DNA from: Candidatus Omnitrophota bacterium
Lineage (GTDB): Bacteria; Omnitrophota; Gorgyraeia; Zapsychrales; Zapsychraceae
Length of the DNA: 64,000 bases
Assembly (NCBI GenBank): GCA_016931055.1
Contig: JAFGFL010000091.1
Span: 42,108-106,107, forward strand
Direction: 5' to 3'
The position numbers and the translations under genes were made by a program. The notes below the pieces were generated by a model. That model saw nothing but the letters and a program-made list of their open reading frames with translations. It made no database searches and had not been told where the DNA came from. This document shows, piece after piece, positions 1 through 9,214 of this stretch; position 1 is the first letter of the stretch; the number at the start of each line of letters is the position of its first letter.

Positions 1-420
1 ATGCGCAAATCCGTCAAATATACCCTGAAAACCATCAATTCGATCAGTCTTATTAAGGACCGGCTAAAAGAACTTTTGTTCTCATTGTATCGAAATGGGA
101 CCAGGAATTTTTATATCATTGGCAAACATGACTTGAGCATGCTGGTTGAAATGGTCATCAAAGACATTCATTGGAATGATTGTTCTTTCAAGATTCTTGA
201 TGAAACTCCCAGGGACAAAGTAGATGGAATATTGCTGATATGCAATGAACATGTGAATGAAGAGGCGCTGGTTATCCATAATTATGTGCATCTCATTCAT
301 GAACTTGCGAGGGACTCTCACGCGATCCAAGTTACAGGCTGCGGTCTTTCTTTTGAGAAAAATTATAAAGCGACATGTGAAAGTGATGAAGGAATTGAAC
401 CTGTAAAAAAGGCTGGTTAA
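1..420 (+). CDS. 3' part of a gene truncated by the window edge; possibly the C-terminal domain of a glycan-locus MarR/winged-helix regulator
   Basis: ORF is open from base 1, so the ATG there is probably internal. A helix (KYTLKTINSISLIKDRLKELL) followed by a Rossmann-like strand (FYIIGKHDLSMLVE) resembles C-termini of EPS-associated wHTH regulators. The HTH itself is not visible. Confidence 0.35.
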   Translation: MRKSVKYTLKTINSISLIKDRLKELLFSLYRNGTRNFYIIGKHDLSMLVEMVIKDIHWNDCSFKILDETPRDKVDGILLICNEHVNEEALVIHNYVHLIHELARDSHAIQVTGCGLSFEKNYKATCESDEGIEPVKKAG

Positions 421-423
421 GTC

Positions 424-1188
424 ATGAAAAGTCTTAAAAAGAGAATTAATGGTGGTGAATTAACTATCGGATCATGGATCACGATCAGTTCACCCGAGAA
501 TGTTGAAGTGATGGGGCAGTTTGGATTTGACTGGCTTACGGTTGATATGGAACATTCTATGATTACGTTGCCGCAGGCGCAACAGTTGGTCCGAACCATC
601 AAGTCGATGAATATTCCGGCTTTAGTGCGGGTGGAGGAAAATAATGCGAATAATATAAAAAGGGTAATGGATCTAGGAGCGGATGGGATTATTGTTCCGA
701 TGGTGCTATCGAAAGAAGGCGCGCAGAGAGCTGTTGAAGCGGTGAAATATCCACCGCAAGGAATCAGAGGAGTCGGTTTGACCCGGGCGCAAGGATATGG
801 TTTCAAATTTGATTCTTACAAGGAATGGGTTAAGCGAGAAAGTATTGTCATTGCCATTATCGAACACTATAAGGCGGTGGACCATCTGGAAGAGATTTTG
901 TCTGTTGATGGCATAGACGCGACAATGATCGGTCCCTATGACCTTTCCGGATCAATGGGTTATCCGGGGGAATATAAGCGCAAGAATGTTGCTGATCAAA
1001 TTGCGCGTTATCTTAAGGTTAGTAAAGCGTTGAATAAACCAGCTGGTTTCCATGTTGTTCCTCCGGTAGCAAAACAGGTGGACGAAAAAATCAGAAGAGG
1101 ATTTAAATTTCTTGCCTTTGGAACAGACGCGCTCTTTTTAGGAACGAAGATCAAGGAACAATTGCGAATGGTCAAGAAATTGAAATGA
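424..1188 (+). CDS. HpcH/HpaI-family class II pyruvate aldolase (GarL-like)
   Basis: GFDWLTVDMEHS, LVRV, RVMDLGADGIIVPMV, YPPQGIRGVG, AIIEH, IGPYDLSGSMG. Confidence 0.9.
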   Translation: MKSLKKRINGGELTIGSWITISSPENVEVMGQFGFDWLTVDMEHSMITLPQAQQLVRTIKSMNIPALVRVEENNANNIKRVMDLGADGIIVPMVLSKEGAQRAVEAVKYPPQGIRGVGLTRAQGYGFKFDSYKEWVKRESIVIAIIEHYKAVDHLEEILSVDGIDATMIGPYDLSGSMGYPGEYKRKNVADQIARYLKVSKALNKPAGFHVVPPVAKQVDEKIRRGFKFLAFGTDALFLGTKIKEQLRMVKKLK

Positions 1189-1192
1189 TTTG

Positions 1193-2026
1193 ATGCGGAC
1201 GGAAACCAAAATAAAGATATTCAATAAATTGTCGGGCCTTTTAACGGATTCATTAACGTCAGCGGCAAGAGAACAGTCTTTGCTTAATTTGCGGAGAAAA
1301 CTAGAGGCTATCGTGCCCGATATCAAGGAACAATATACGGCTTTCAAGGTGGACAATGAGTATCTTCGGGCGAAGGTAAGGAATATGCATGCTTTTCAGA
1401 TATCGCTTGTCCAGCCGGTTGTCAGCCAATTTGAAAGCCCGACTATTGTCGATATCGGGGATTCTGCCGGGACACATATCCAGTATTTAAAGGGACTTTT
1501 TTCTGATAGTTGTTCATTAAAATGTTTAAGCGTGAATCTGGAAAAGGAAGCGGTTGAGAAAGTCAGGCAAAAAGGGATTGAAGCTATTCAGGCGAGAGCG
1601 GAAAATTTGGTCCAATATGATGTTCAAGCTGATATTTTTCTTTGTTTTGAAATGCTGGAGCATTTAATGGATCCTTGCCGGTTTCTGTATGAATTGTCGA
1701 TGAAAACGAAAGCGAGGTTTTTAATTCTAACGGTTCCGTATGTGAAAAAAAGCCGGATTGGCCTGTATCAAATCCGAAATAATAGAAATGAGGATTTTGG
1801 TGCGGAAACGACGCATATTTTTGAACTATCCCCTGAGGATTGGAAATTGCTTTTCCGATTCACGGGATGGCGGGTTGACCATGAAGTTGTTTACCGGCAG
1901 TATCCTCGAAAAAACTGGCTGCGCCTGACCAGTTACTATTGGCGAAAATATGATTTTGAAGGATTTTTTGGGGTGCGTTTAATTCCGGACCATTCGTGGT
2001 CCTCAAGATATCAGGATTGGTCATAG
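1193..2026 (+). CDS. class I SAM-dependent methyltransferase-like protein
   Basis: Divergent motif I IVDIGDSAG, CFEMLEHLMDP, LILTVP. ATG at 1193; in-frame TTG at 1190. Confidence 0.7.
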   Translation: MRTETKIKIFNKLSGLLTDSLTSAAREQSLLNLRRKLEAIVPDIKEQYTAFKVDNEYLRAKVRNMHAFQISLVQPVVSQFESPTIVDIGDSAGTHIQYLKGLFSDSCSLKCLSVNLEKEAVEKVRQKGIEAIQARAENLVQYDVQADIFLCFEMLEHLMDPCRFLYELSMKTKARFLILTVPYVKKSRIGLYQIRNNRNEDFGAETTHIFELSPEDWKLLFRFTGWRVDHEVVYRQYPRKNWLRLTSYYWRKYDFEGFFGVRLIPDHSWSSRYQDWS

Positions 2027-2027
2027 G

Positions 2028-2837
2028 ATGAAAAGAATGAAAATAACTGCCATTATCCCTGTCCGCATGCAAGCCACACGGTTTTCTGGTAAACCGCTAG
2101 CTTTAATTTTGGGATTACCTATGGTGGAACATGTTCGCCGCCGGGTTTCTTTATGCCGGGAATTAAGTAATGTTATTGTTGCCACTTGTGATCAAGAGAT
2201 CAAAGAGGTTGTTGAGAAAGCAGGAGGAAAGGTCATCATGACGGCTGACACCCATCAGCGTTGCACGGATCGCATTGCCGAAGCGGCAAGGAACATTGAT
2301 GCGGACATAATCATCAATGTTCAAGGCGATGAACCGCTTGTTATACCGGAAATGATGAACGCGGTTATAGAGCCGTTTTTGTCGGATTTAAAAGTGCCTT
2401 GTGTCAACATGATTGCTCCGATTCTGGAAAAAGAAGAATTTGAGGATCCTAATGCTCCGAAGGTTGTCCGGAATCTGAAAGGCGATATCCTTTATATTTC
2501 AAGAGAACCGATTCCTTCCAAAAAGAAAGCGGCTCATGAAAATTATCCAAAATGGAAGCAGTTGGGATTGATTGCGTTTCGCAGTGATTTTCTTCAGACA
2601 TTTGCACGGCTTAAACCGACGCTATTGGAAGAGGTGGAATCCGTTGATATGATGCGGGCCATTGAACATGGATTTAGAGTGCGCACGGTCGTGACAGAGG
2701 CGAAAATGATCGGGGTTGATGTTCCCGCTGATGTTGGAAAAGTCGAACAGGTTTTAAGAACAGACCCATTATTTGAGAGATATATGTCTCGGTCAGTTAA
2801 TGCTGGACAAACAAACGATGAACGGATGGTCATATGA
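2028..2837 (+). CDS. kdsB: CMP-ulosonate synthetase, KdsB (CMP-Kdo synthetase) family
   Basis: IIPVRMQATRFSGKPL, VATCD, TDRIAEA, NVQGDEP, YISREPIP, GVDVPAD. The canonical LEQLR motif is replaced by ESVDMMR, so the substrate may not be Kdo. Confidence 0.8.
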   Translation: MKRMKITAIIPVRMQATRFSGKPLALILGLPMVEHVRRRVSLCRELSNVIVATCDQEIKEVVEKAGGKVIMTADTHQRCTDRIAEAARNIDADIIINVQGDEPLVIPEMMNAVIEPFLSDLKVPCVNMIAPILEKEEFEDPNAPKVVRNLKGDILYISREPIPSKKKAAHENYPKWKQLGLIAFRSDFLQTFARLKPTLLEEVESVDMMRAIEHGFRVRTVVTEAKMIGVDVPADVGKVEQVLRTDPLFERYMSRSVNAGQTNDERMVI

Positions 2838-3889
2838 ATAGATTGAGAGTGGGCATCGCGGGTTTTGGGGTTGTCGGAAATCGCCGGAGGGAAGTGATTG
2901 ATCAAAATCCGTATTTCCAGACAGTGGCGGCGTGTGATCAAAAGTTTATTCAAAATATGCCTAAATCGAAGGACCTGAAGTTTTTCACAAACTACAAAGA
3001 TTTATTGAAGGTGCCTCTGGATGTTTTGTTTGTGTGTCTGCCGAATTATTTGGCGGCGGAGGTAACAATCGCCGGATTAGAACGAGGGGTGCATGTCTTT
3101 TGCGAAAAACCACCGGGTCGGATGGTCGAAGACATTGAGCGGGTCATCGAAGCGGAAAAGAAACATCCGCAGTTGAAATTAAAATATGGCTTTAACCATC
3201 GGTACCATGATTCCGTTCAGGAAGCCTTAAGGATTGTCCATTCCGGGGAGTTGGGTGAGATCATCAATATGCGGGGCGTTTACGGAAAAAGCAAGATTAT
3301 TCCTTTCTCCGGTGGGTGGCGGGCGGAGCGGCGGTATTCCGGCGGAGGGATCCTTCTGGATCAGGGCATCCACATGGTCGATCTGATGCGGTTGTTTTGC
3401 GGGGAATTTGAGGAGGTCAAAAGCTTTGTCTCAAACAGTTATTGGAACCATGATGTGGAGGATAACGCTTACGCAATCATGCGCGATCGCAAAGGGCGCA
3501 TCGCGATGCTCCATTCAACAGCGACTCAATGGCAGCACCAATTTTCGCTGGAAATCGCCCTGACGCAAGGGTCTCTTTGTTTGAAAGGAATCCTCTCCGG
3601 GTCTAAAAGTTATGGCCAGGAGCAGCTCATCAAGGCAAGGCGCAGCGAGGCGGATACCGGGATCGAAGGCGAAGAAGTGGTCAATTACTTAAATGATGAT
3701 TCCTGGCGCAGAGAAGTTAATGAATTTGCCGATGCGGTCATCAATAATGTTCCAGTCCCATCGGGGACAAGTAGGGACGCACTGTTAACGATGCAGTTAG
3801 TGTACAAGATTTATTTCGCCGATGAAGGATGGCGCGAACAATTCCAGATTCAAGATCCCGTTAGAATTCCGGCCGGACAGGATCGTTAA
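2834..3889 (+). CDS. Gfo/Idh/MocA-family NAD(P)-dependent oxidoreductase
   Basis: GIAGFGVVG, HVFCEKP, GFNHRY, GGGILLDQGIHMVDL. Confidence 0.9.
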   Translation: MNRLRVGIAGFGVVGNRRREVIDQNPYFQTVAACDQKFIQNMPKSKDLKFFTNYKDLLKVPLDVLFVCLPNYLAAEVTIAGLERGVHVFCEKPPGRMVEDIERVIEAEKKHPQLKLKYGFNHRYHDSVQEALRIVHSGELGEIINMRGVYGKSKIIPFSGGWRAERRYSGGGILLDQGIHMVDLMRLFCGEFEEVKSFVSNSYWNHDVEDNAYAIMRDRKGRIAMLHSTATQWQHQFSLEIALTQGSLCLKGILSGSKSYGQEQLIKARRSEADTGIEGEEVVNYLNDDSWRREVNEFADAVINNVPVPSGTSRDALLTMQLVYKIYFADEGWREQFQIQDPVRIPAGQDR

Positions 3890-3903
3890 AACGGAGGAAA
3901 GCG

Positions 3904-4524
3904 ATGAATATCCTAGAGGAGATTTTTGCACAAAGCAATATCCGGACAGATTACTTTAGAAGTTATTGCGACTATTTAAAAAGACTTATCTCTCAAATCG
4001 ACATGGAATCGGTCGAGAGGGTCGTAGAGTGCTTTTCAAAAGCCAGACAGGAGAACAAGACGATTTACTTTGCCGGCAACGGAGGGAGCGCCGCGACCGC
4101 TTCCCATTTTGCCCAGGACATGAACGAGATCGGTCGAAAAATTCGCGGGAAAGGGTTTAGGACGCAAAGTATTAACGACAGTGTGGCTGCGCTGACGGCG
4201 ATCAGCAACGATTACAGTTATGACAATGTGTTTGCCATGCAGATTCAGTACAACTTTGATGAAGGCGATGTTTTGGTTGTTATCTCGGCTAGCGGGAACA
4301 GCCCAAATGTGATCAATGCCGTCAAACTAGCGAAAGAAAAGGGTGGAACAACAATTGGGTTGGTTGGGTTTGATGGAGGACGACTGGCACAGATCTGTGA
4401 CCATGTTGTTCATATTAAAAGTAAAAAGGGCGAATATGGCCCGGTGGAAGATATCCATCTGGTTCTCGATCACCTGATTGTTTCCTACTTGACGATGGAA
4501 TTAGCTAAAGAGAACAATCCATGA
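3904..4524 (+). CDS. gmhA: SIS-domain phosphoheptose isomerase (GmhA-like)
   Basis: GNGGSAATASHFAQD, TAISNDYSY, ISASGNSPNV, GFDGG, VEDIHL. RBS GGAGG upstream. Confidence 0.8.
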   Translation: MNILEEIFAQSNIRTDYFRSYCDYLKRLISQIDMESVERVVECFSKARQENKTIYFAGNGGSAATASHFAQDMNEIGRKIRGKGFRTQSINDSVAALTAISNDYSYDNVFAMQIQYNFDEGDVLVVISASGNSPNVINAVKLAKEKGGTTIGLVGFDGGRLAQICDHVVHIKSKKGEYGPVEDIHLVLDHLIVSYLTMELAKENNP

Positions 4525-5435
4525 AGAGAAAAGTCCTTGTTTCAACATCGACATTTGCCGATTCTGACGATGCTCCGTTAAAGAAGCTTAAGAAGTCCGG
4601 ATTTGAGGTCATGCTGAATCCTTATAAACGCAAGCTTTCCAAAGAAGAGTTGATGCAATTATTGCCGGGAGTTAGCGGCCTAATAGCCGGTTTAGAGACC
4701 CTTGATCATGAAGTGATGTCCCGGTCGCAACTGAAAGTTATATCGCGTTGCGGTTCGGGGACGTCAAATGTGGATAAGGAAACAGCCGGTAAACTTGGGA
4801 TCCGGGTGTGTAACACGCCTGATGGCCCAACGGATGCTGTTGCTGAGCTGACGATCGCATGCCTTCTGAACTTGCTGCGCAAGGTGTCGATAATGGATCA
4901 GGCCCTTCACCAGGGACGGTGGGAAAAACAGACGGGACTTCAATTGGAAGGCAAAACGGTTGTAATCATCGGATTAGGCAGGATAGGACGCCGAGTGGCG
5001 CAATTGTTAATCCCGTTCGGAGCGAGGATCATCGGTGTTGACCCGTTTGTCAATAAAGCCGATGCTTCAATTAAGATTTTGTCACTTCAAGAGGCTTTAC
5101 CGTTGGCCGATATCATAACGTTTCATTGCAGCGGTGAAAAATGTTTATTATCTGATAACGAATTTGGTTTGGTGAAAAAGGGCGTGTTTTTGCTGAATGC
5201 GGCGAGAGGAACATTAGTTGACGAGAAGGCATTAATTGAGGCTTTAGACACAAGCCGCGTAGCAGGTGTTTGGTTGGATACATTCGGGCAAGAACCATAT
5301 TCGGGGAAATTGATCCGGTATTCTCAGGTGCTATTGACACCGCATGTCGGTTCATACACGAAAGAATGCCGCCAGCAGATGGAAATGCAGGCGGTTAATA
5401 ATTTAATTGAGGCTTTAGCCAAATATGAATATTGA
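4521..5435 (+). CDS. D-2-hydroxyacid dehydrogenase (phosphoglycerate dehydrogenase-like, no ACT domain)
   Basis: AVAELT, IIGLGRIG, LNAARGTLVDE, LDTFGQEP, LTPHVGSYT. Confidence 0.9.
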   Translation: MKRKVLVSTSTFADSDDAPLKKLKKSGFEVMLNPYKRKLSKEELMQLLPGVSGLIAGLETLDHEVMSRSQLKVISRCGSGTSNVDKETAGKLGIRVCNTPDGPTDAVAELTIACLLNLLRKVSIMDQALHQGRWEKQTGLQLEGKTVVIIGLGRIGRRVAQLLIPFGARIIGVDPFVNKADASIKILSLQEALPLADIITFHCSGEKCLLSDNEFGLVKKGVFLLNAARGTLVDEKALIEALDTSRVAGVWLDTFGQEPYSGKLIRYSQVLLTPHVGSYTKECRQQMEMQAVNNLIEALAKYEY

Positions 5436-6174
5436 ATTCCAAAACAAGATTGTTCTTGTCACGGGATCGACAAGGGGTATCGGCAGACAGATTGCGGAAG
5501 ATTTTGGAAAGTCAGGCGCCCAATTGATCCTGACTGGAACGCAACAGCGCCAGATTGATCAACTTAACGCGAGGGCAAAGAAACTCAGATTGAAACGAAG
5601 ATATTATTGTGTTGATTTCTCTTCCCGGGAAAGTTTACGAACGTTTCTCAAAGAAATTGAACAATATAAGCGCATTGATGTTTGTGTCAATAATGCCGGT
5701 ATCAACCGGTTAAATGAGGTGGATAGGACGAAAGAAGAGGATTGGGATGACATGATCGAAGTGAATTTACGGGCACCGTTTATGTTGATCCGCCAAATTG
5801 GCAAACAAATGAAAAAGCAGCGTTATGGGCGCATCATTAATATTTCCTCTATTTTTGGCATCGTAAGTCGTGAGAAACGATCAATCTATACGACAACGAA
5901 ATCCGGTCTGCATGGATTGACGGTTGCCGCGGCGCTTGAATTGGCCAAGTATAATGTTCTGGTGAACACGGTTTCCCCCGGATTTACACGGACAGATTTG
6001 ACCAACAAGAACCTGAGTAAAGAAGACCAAAAAGAAATTGCACGACAAGTACCCATGCAAAGATTCGGAAACACTCAGGATATTTCAAAAGTTGTTCTCT
6101 TTTGCGCGAGCGTATTAAACACCTATATGACAGGGCAGAATATTATTGTGGATGGAGGGTTTATCTGTGCCTAA
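5425..6174 (+). CDS. classical SDR oxidoreductase (FabG-like)
   Basis: TGSTRGIG, VNNAG, NISS, YTTTK (YxxxK), VSPGF, IIVDGG. Confidence 0.9.
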   Translation: MNIEFQNKIVLVTGSTRGIGRQIAEDFGKSGAQLILTGTQQRQIDQLNARAKKLRLKRRYYCVDFSSRESLRTFLKEIEQYKRIDVCVNNAGINRLNEVDRTKEEDWDDMIEVNLRAPFMLIRQIGKQMKKQRYGRIINISSIFGIVSREKRSIYTTTKSGLHGLTVAAALELAKYNVLVNTVSPGFTRTDLTNKNLSKEDQKEIARQVPMQRFGNTQDISKVVLFCASVLNTYMTGQNIIVDGGFICA

Positions 6175-7243
6175 TTCATTTAGTGTCCGTTCCCTATTCC
6201 GTGAATATTCTGTCGAGTTTATCGACAATTTGAAACAAAGAATCCGGTCTTTGGTGGACAAAGGTCATTTCTTCGTTATTGACGCCGGGGTTTACGATCT
6301 CTATCAGGATTGTTTTAAGACGGTTGTTTCAAAAGACGCTCTATTTATCGAAGAAGCGATAGAAAAAGCGAAGACATTTGAAAATAGTTATTCTCTGATC
6401 AAGCGTTTAATGGCGTCTGGTGTCCGAAAGAATACGACCTTGGTGGCTGTTGGCGGCGGCGTTATCCAGGACCTGACGGCGTTCGTCAGTTCTATCCTGT
6501 TCAGGGGGATCGAGTGGATGTTCTTTCCGACGACCCTCTTGGCCCAGGCGGACAGCTGTATCGGGAGCAAGACATCGATCAATATGGAGGGTTATAAAAA
6601 CATTTTGGGGAATTTTTATCCGCCATCAAAGATTTTCATTGACCTGAAATTCCTAGAATCTTTAAATGATGGGGATATCAAATCCGGTATTGGGGAGATG
6701 ATGCATTTTTATTTTGTGGCTGGAAGTCCATATGCGGAGAAAATCGCGACACATTATCAAGAGTTGTTTGCCGGCCGAGAATGGTTCGGTGAATATATTG
6801 ATGCCAGCTTGGCCATAAAGAAAGATGTTATCGAGCGGGATGAATTTGATAAAGGCGAACGTAACCTGTTTAATTATGGCCATACATTTGGTCACGCGAT
6901 TGAAACGATCACGGATTATAAAGTGCCGCATGGTCAGGCGGTGACGTTAGGGATGGATATCGCGAATTATATATCTCTTCAGAGGGGGATGATTGATCTG
7001 GAGATATTTGGCCGGATGCGCCAGATTTTGATGAACAATTTGCCGAAATTGGAAATTTCCGATGAGCAAATGGATCGATATATGGATGCTTTGTCAAAAG
7101 ACAAAAAAAATACGAACCAGGGCCTGACATGTATTTTAACGGAGGGCCCGGGGCGGATGAAGAGGGTCTGTATTCCGATGGATGAACCATTACGCAACAT
7201 GATCGGTTCGTGTGTTAACCATTACGCGGTAAATAGGTCTTAA
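6167..7243 (+). CDS. 3-dehydroquinate synthase (AroB)-related sugar-phosphate cyclase
   Basis: GGGVIQDL, PTTLLAQADSCIGSKTSIN, KNILGNFYPP, NYGHTFGHAIE, HGQAV, DKK. GTG at 6167 follows GGAGGG; the ORF track starts at TTG 6146. Confidence 0.85.
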   Translation: MPNSFSVRSLFREYSVEFIDNLKQRIRSLVDKGHFFVIDAGVYDLYQDCFKTVVSKDALFIEEAIEKAKTFENSYSLIKRLMASGVRKNTTLVAVGGGVIQDLTAFVSSILFRGIEWMFFPTTLLAQADSCIGSKTSINMEGYKNILGNFYPPSKIFIDLKFLESLNDGDIKSGIGEMMHFYFVAGSPYAEKIATHYQELFAGREWFGEYIDASLAIKKDVIERDEFDKGERNLFNYGHTFGHAIETITDYKVPHGQAVTLGMDIANYISLQRGMIDLEIFGRMRQILMNNLPKLEISDEQMDRYMDALSKDKKNTNQGLTCILTEGPGRMKRVCIPMDEPLRNMIGSCVNHYAVNRS

Positions 7244-7244
7244 T

Positions 7245-9212
7245 ATGGCGACGGGATTCAAAAACGCAAAAACATTATGGGCTTGTTGGATGAAGCCTGC
7301 TGATCTGCCGGAAGAAGCGGTTGTTCTCAGTTTTCTTAAACCGAGCGTTGAAGAAGAAATGAGAAAACAAGGGAAAACGGCTGAATTGATTTTCGCGCGG
7401 CAGAAAGCGGCGGATGTTAAACAAAAGGCATTGGACATGTATGTTGAAATGGTCGCTCAGCTCGGGACGGTTTCTTTAAAAGATGGAAAAACATTGCGAA
7501 AGGCGTTAGAGGACGGGGAAGGAATCAGCTCGTGGTGGTTCCATCCGGTTTCAAGGAAGTATTGCGAAGGCGAGCCGACATTTAATCATATTATCCAGAT
7601 ATTGGCAATTAGTCAGGTGGCTGAGGATCATGGGTGTTCCCATATCATTGTTTACGGTGGGCCCTATGAAATTGCAGATGCATTGGGTAAACGATTTTTT
7701 GTATCGGCACAAAAATGCCGAAACCAAAATTCGTGGATGTTTGATTATATTTTGCCGCTCATGCGACGGTTTAAATTTCTTATCGTTTCGATCTATGAAC
7801 TTATTGTTCTTAAATCGTGTGTGACAAATTCAAAGCCAGCGCAAATGGATGTCCTTTTTTCTGGTTTCTGGGACTGGAGCGTCTGGGAAGATGGATCATC
7901 AAAAAAGTTGGTGGATAGGTATTTCCAGGCTGTTCCCGAGAAAGTGAAGAAAGCGGGCATGGAGGTGGGTTGGCTGGCGTGGGTTCAGCACACAACGGAT
8001 CCAAATAAAACACGTCGGTCGATTCAGCAAGCGATAAAACCGCTTCGCCGGCATCCGGAAATCATTATTGTCCAATGTTTCCTGACGATTGTCGATATTC
8101 TCAAGGCCGTTATTGATTTAAGGCCGTTCTTGATCTTTTGGCGTTACAGAAATGTTTCAGGATTAAAAGGCGTTCTTTGCCAGGAGGGGCTTGATTTCTC
8201 TCCGCTGTTTCGAGGGGCTTTGTTTGCTGGTTTTCTGGACTCAACCATTCCTCGCCATGCCTTGATCATGTTGGCTCATCAAAAAGCGGCTTCGCACCAT
8301 CGTCCCAAGAGTGTCCTGAGTTTCCTTGATTTCTTTTTGCATGCGCGGGCCGTTAATGCCGGAATAAAGAAAGGATGCCCCTCATGCGTCTTGGTTGATG
8401 TGCAGCATGCGAGTTATTCACGGGAGAAAACATTTGGGATTTTTCAGCCGAATATTGAAGTTCACGGAAACCCTGATGGATGCATGATCCCCCATCCTGA
8501 TTACATTTGCGCGATGGGTGAACTTGGAAGGGAAATTTTCATTGAAGGCGGGGCAGATCCGGAGCGAGTCTTGATGACGGGGTCTTCCCGTTATGATGGC
8601 GCGACACGAGTTGACGCGGGAGAGAAGCCAAAAACGGGTATTTCAGGGAAACGGATACTGATCGTAACGACTTTACAGAAAATGGGATCCGAATTCGAAA
8701 TGGTTGACACGGTTCATGAGGCCTTCAGGCAATTTCCGGATGTTTCATTGTCTTTACGTTCTCATCCTTTCTTCAGAATGCAAGATAGTCCTGAATTTCA
8801 GCCTTACAAAGACAGAATACAATGCACTTCCGGAACTTCCCTGGATGATGATTTGAACAAGGCGGATATCGTCTTATTCTCTTATTCAACTGTTGCGGAA
8901 GAAGCATTTATTCGAGGGATTCCCGTTTGGCAATGGATTACAGCGGGGTATAACGCGTCCGTGTTCCGGGATATCGGGATGGTGCCAACATTTTTTTCTG
9001 TTGAAAGTCTGGTTCGTGTATATCGTCGATTTCTGGAAAGTCCTGATAAGTATGTGCCTTCGGTTGAACAGAGAAAGCTGGTTAAGCGAAAATGTTTTTT
9101 TGATGACAATGGAAGCGGCAGACTTCCTTCAGATAATATTGCAGAACTGCTGGCAACCATTTGCGGGAAGAAACATGAATTATCCGAATCTAGAGAATAT
9201 GCGGGGATTTAA
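7245..9212 (+). CDS. surface-carbohydrate biosynthesis protein, putative GT-B glycosyl/ulosonyl-transferase (TIGR04326-like from recall)
   Basis: C-terminal GT-B-like elements (DVQHA, PDYICAMG, TGSSRYD, LRSHP, STVAEEAFIRGIPV), N-terminal ISSWWF and DRYF. Family name unverified. Confidence 0.55.
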   Translation: MATGFKNAKTLWACWMKPADLPEEAVVLSFLKPSVEEEMRKQGKTAELIFARQKAADVKQKALDMYVEMVAQLGTVSLKDGKTLRKALEDGEGISSWWFHPVSRKYCEGEPTFNHIIQILAISQVAEDHGCSHIIVYGGPYEIADALGKRFFVSAQKCRNQNSWMFDYILPLMRRFKFLIVSIYELIVLKSCVTNSKPAQMDVLFSGFWDWSVWEDGSSKKLVDRYFQAVPEKVKKAGMEVGWLAWVQHTTDPNKTRRSIQQAIKPLRRHPEIIIVQCFLTIVDILKAVIDLRPFLIFWRYRNVSGLKGVLCQEGLDFSPLFRGALFAGFLDSTIPRHALIMLAHQKAASHHRPKSVLSFLDFFLHARAVNAGIKKGCPSCVLVDVQHASYSREKTFGIFQPNIEVHGNPDGCMIPHPDYICAMGELGREIFIEGGADPERVLMTGSSRYDGATRVDAGEKPKTGISGKRILIVTTLQKMGSEFEMVDTVHEAFRQFPDVSLSLRSHPFFRMQDSPEFQPYKDRIQCTSGTSLDDDLNKADIVLFSYSTVAEEAFIRGIPVWQWITAGYNASVFRDIGMVPTFFSVESLVRVYRRFLESPDKYVPSVEQRKLVKRKCFFDDNGSGRLPSDNIAELLATICGKKHELSESREYAGI

Positions 9213-9214
9213 TA

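Noticed and set aside
4521-7243. Housekeeping serA, fabG and aroB
   Set aside because: The SerA-like protein lacks regulatory domains, no ser/fab/aro neighbours are present, and all are coupled within the glycan locus. Treated as paralogues, so symbols were withheld.
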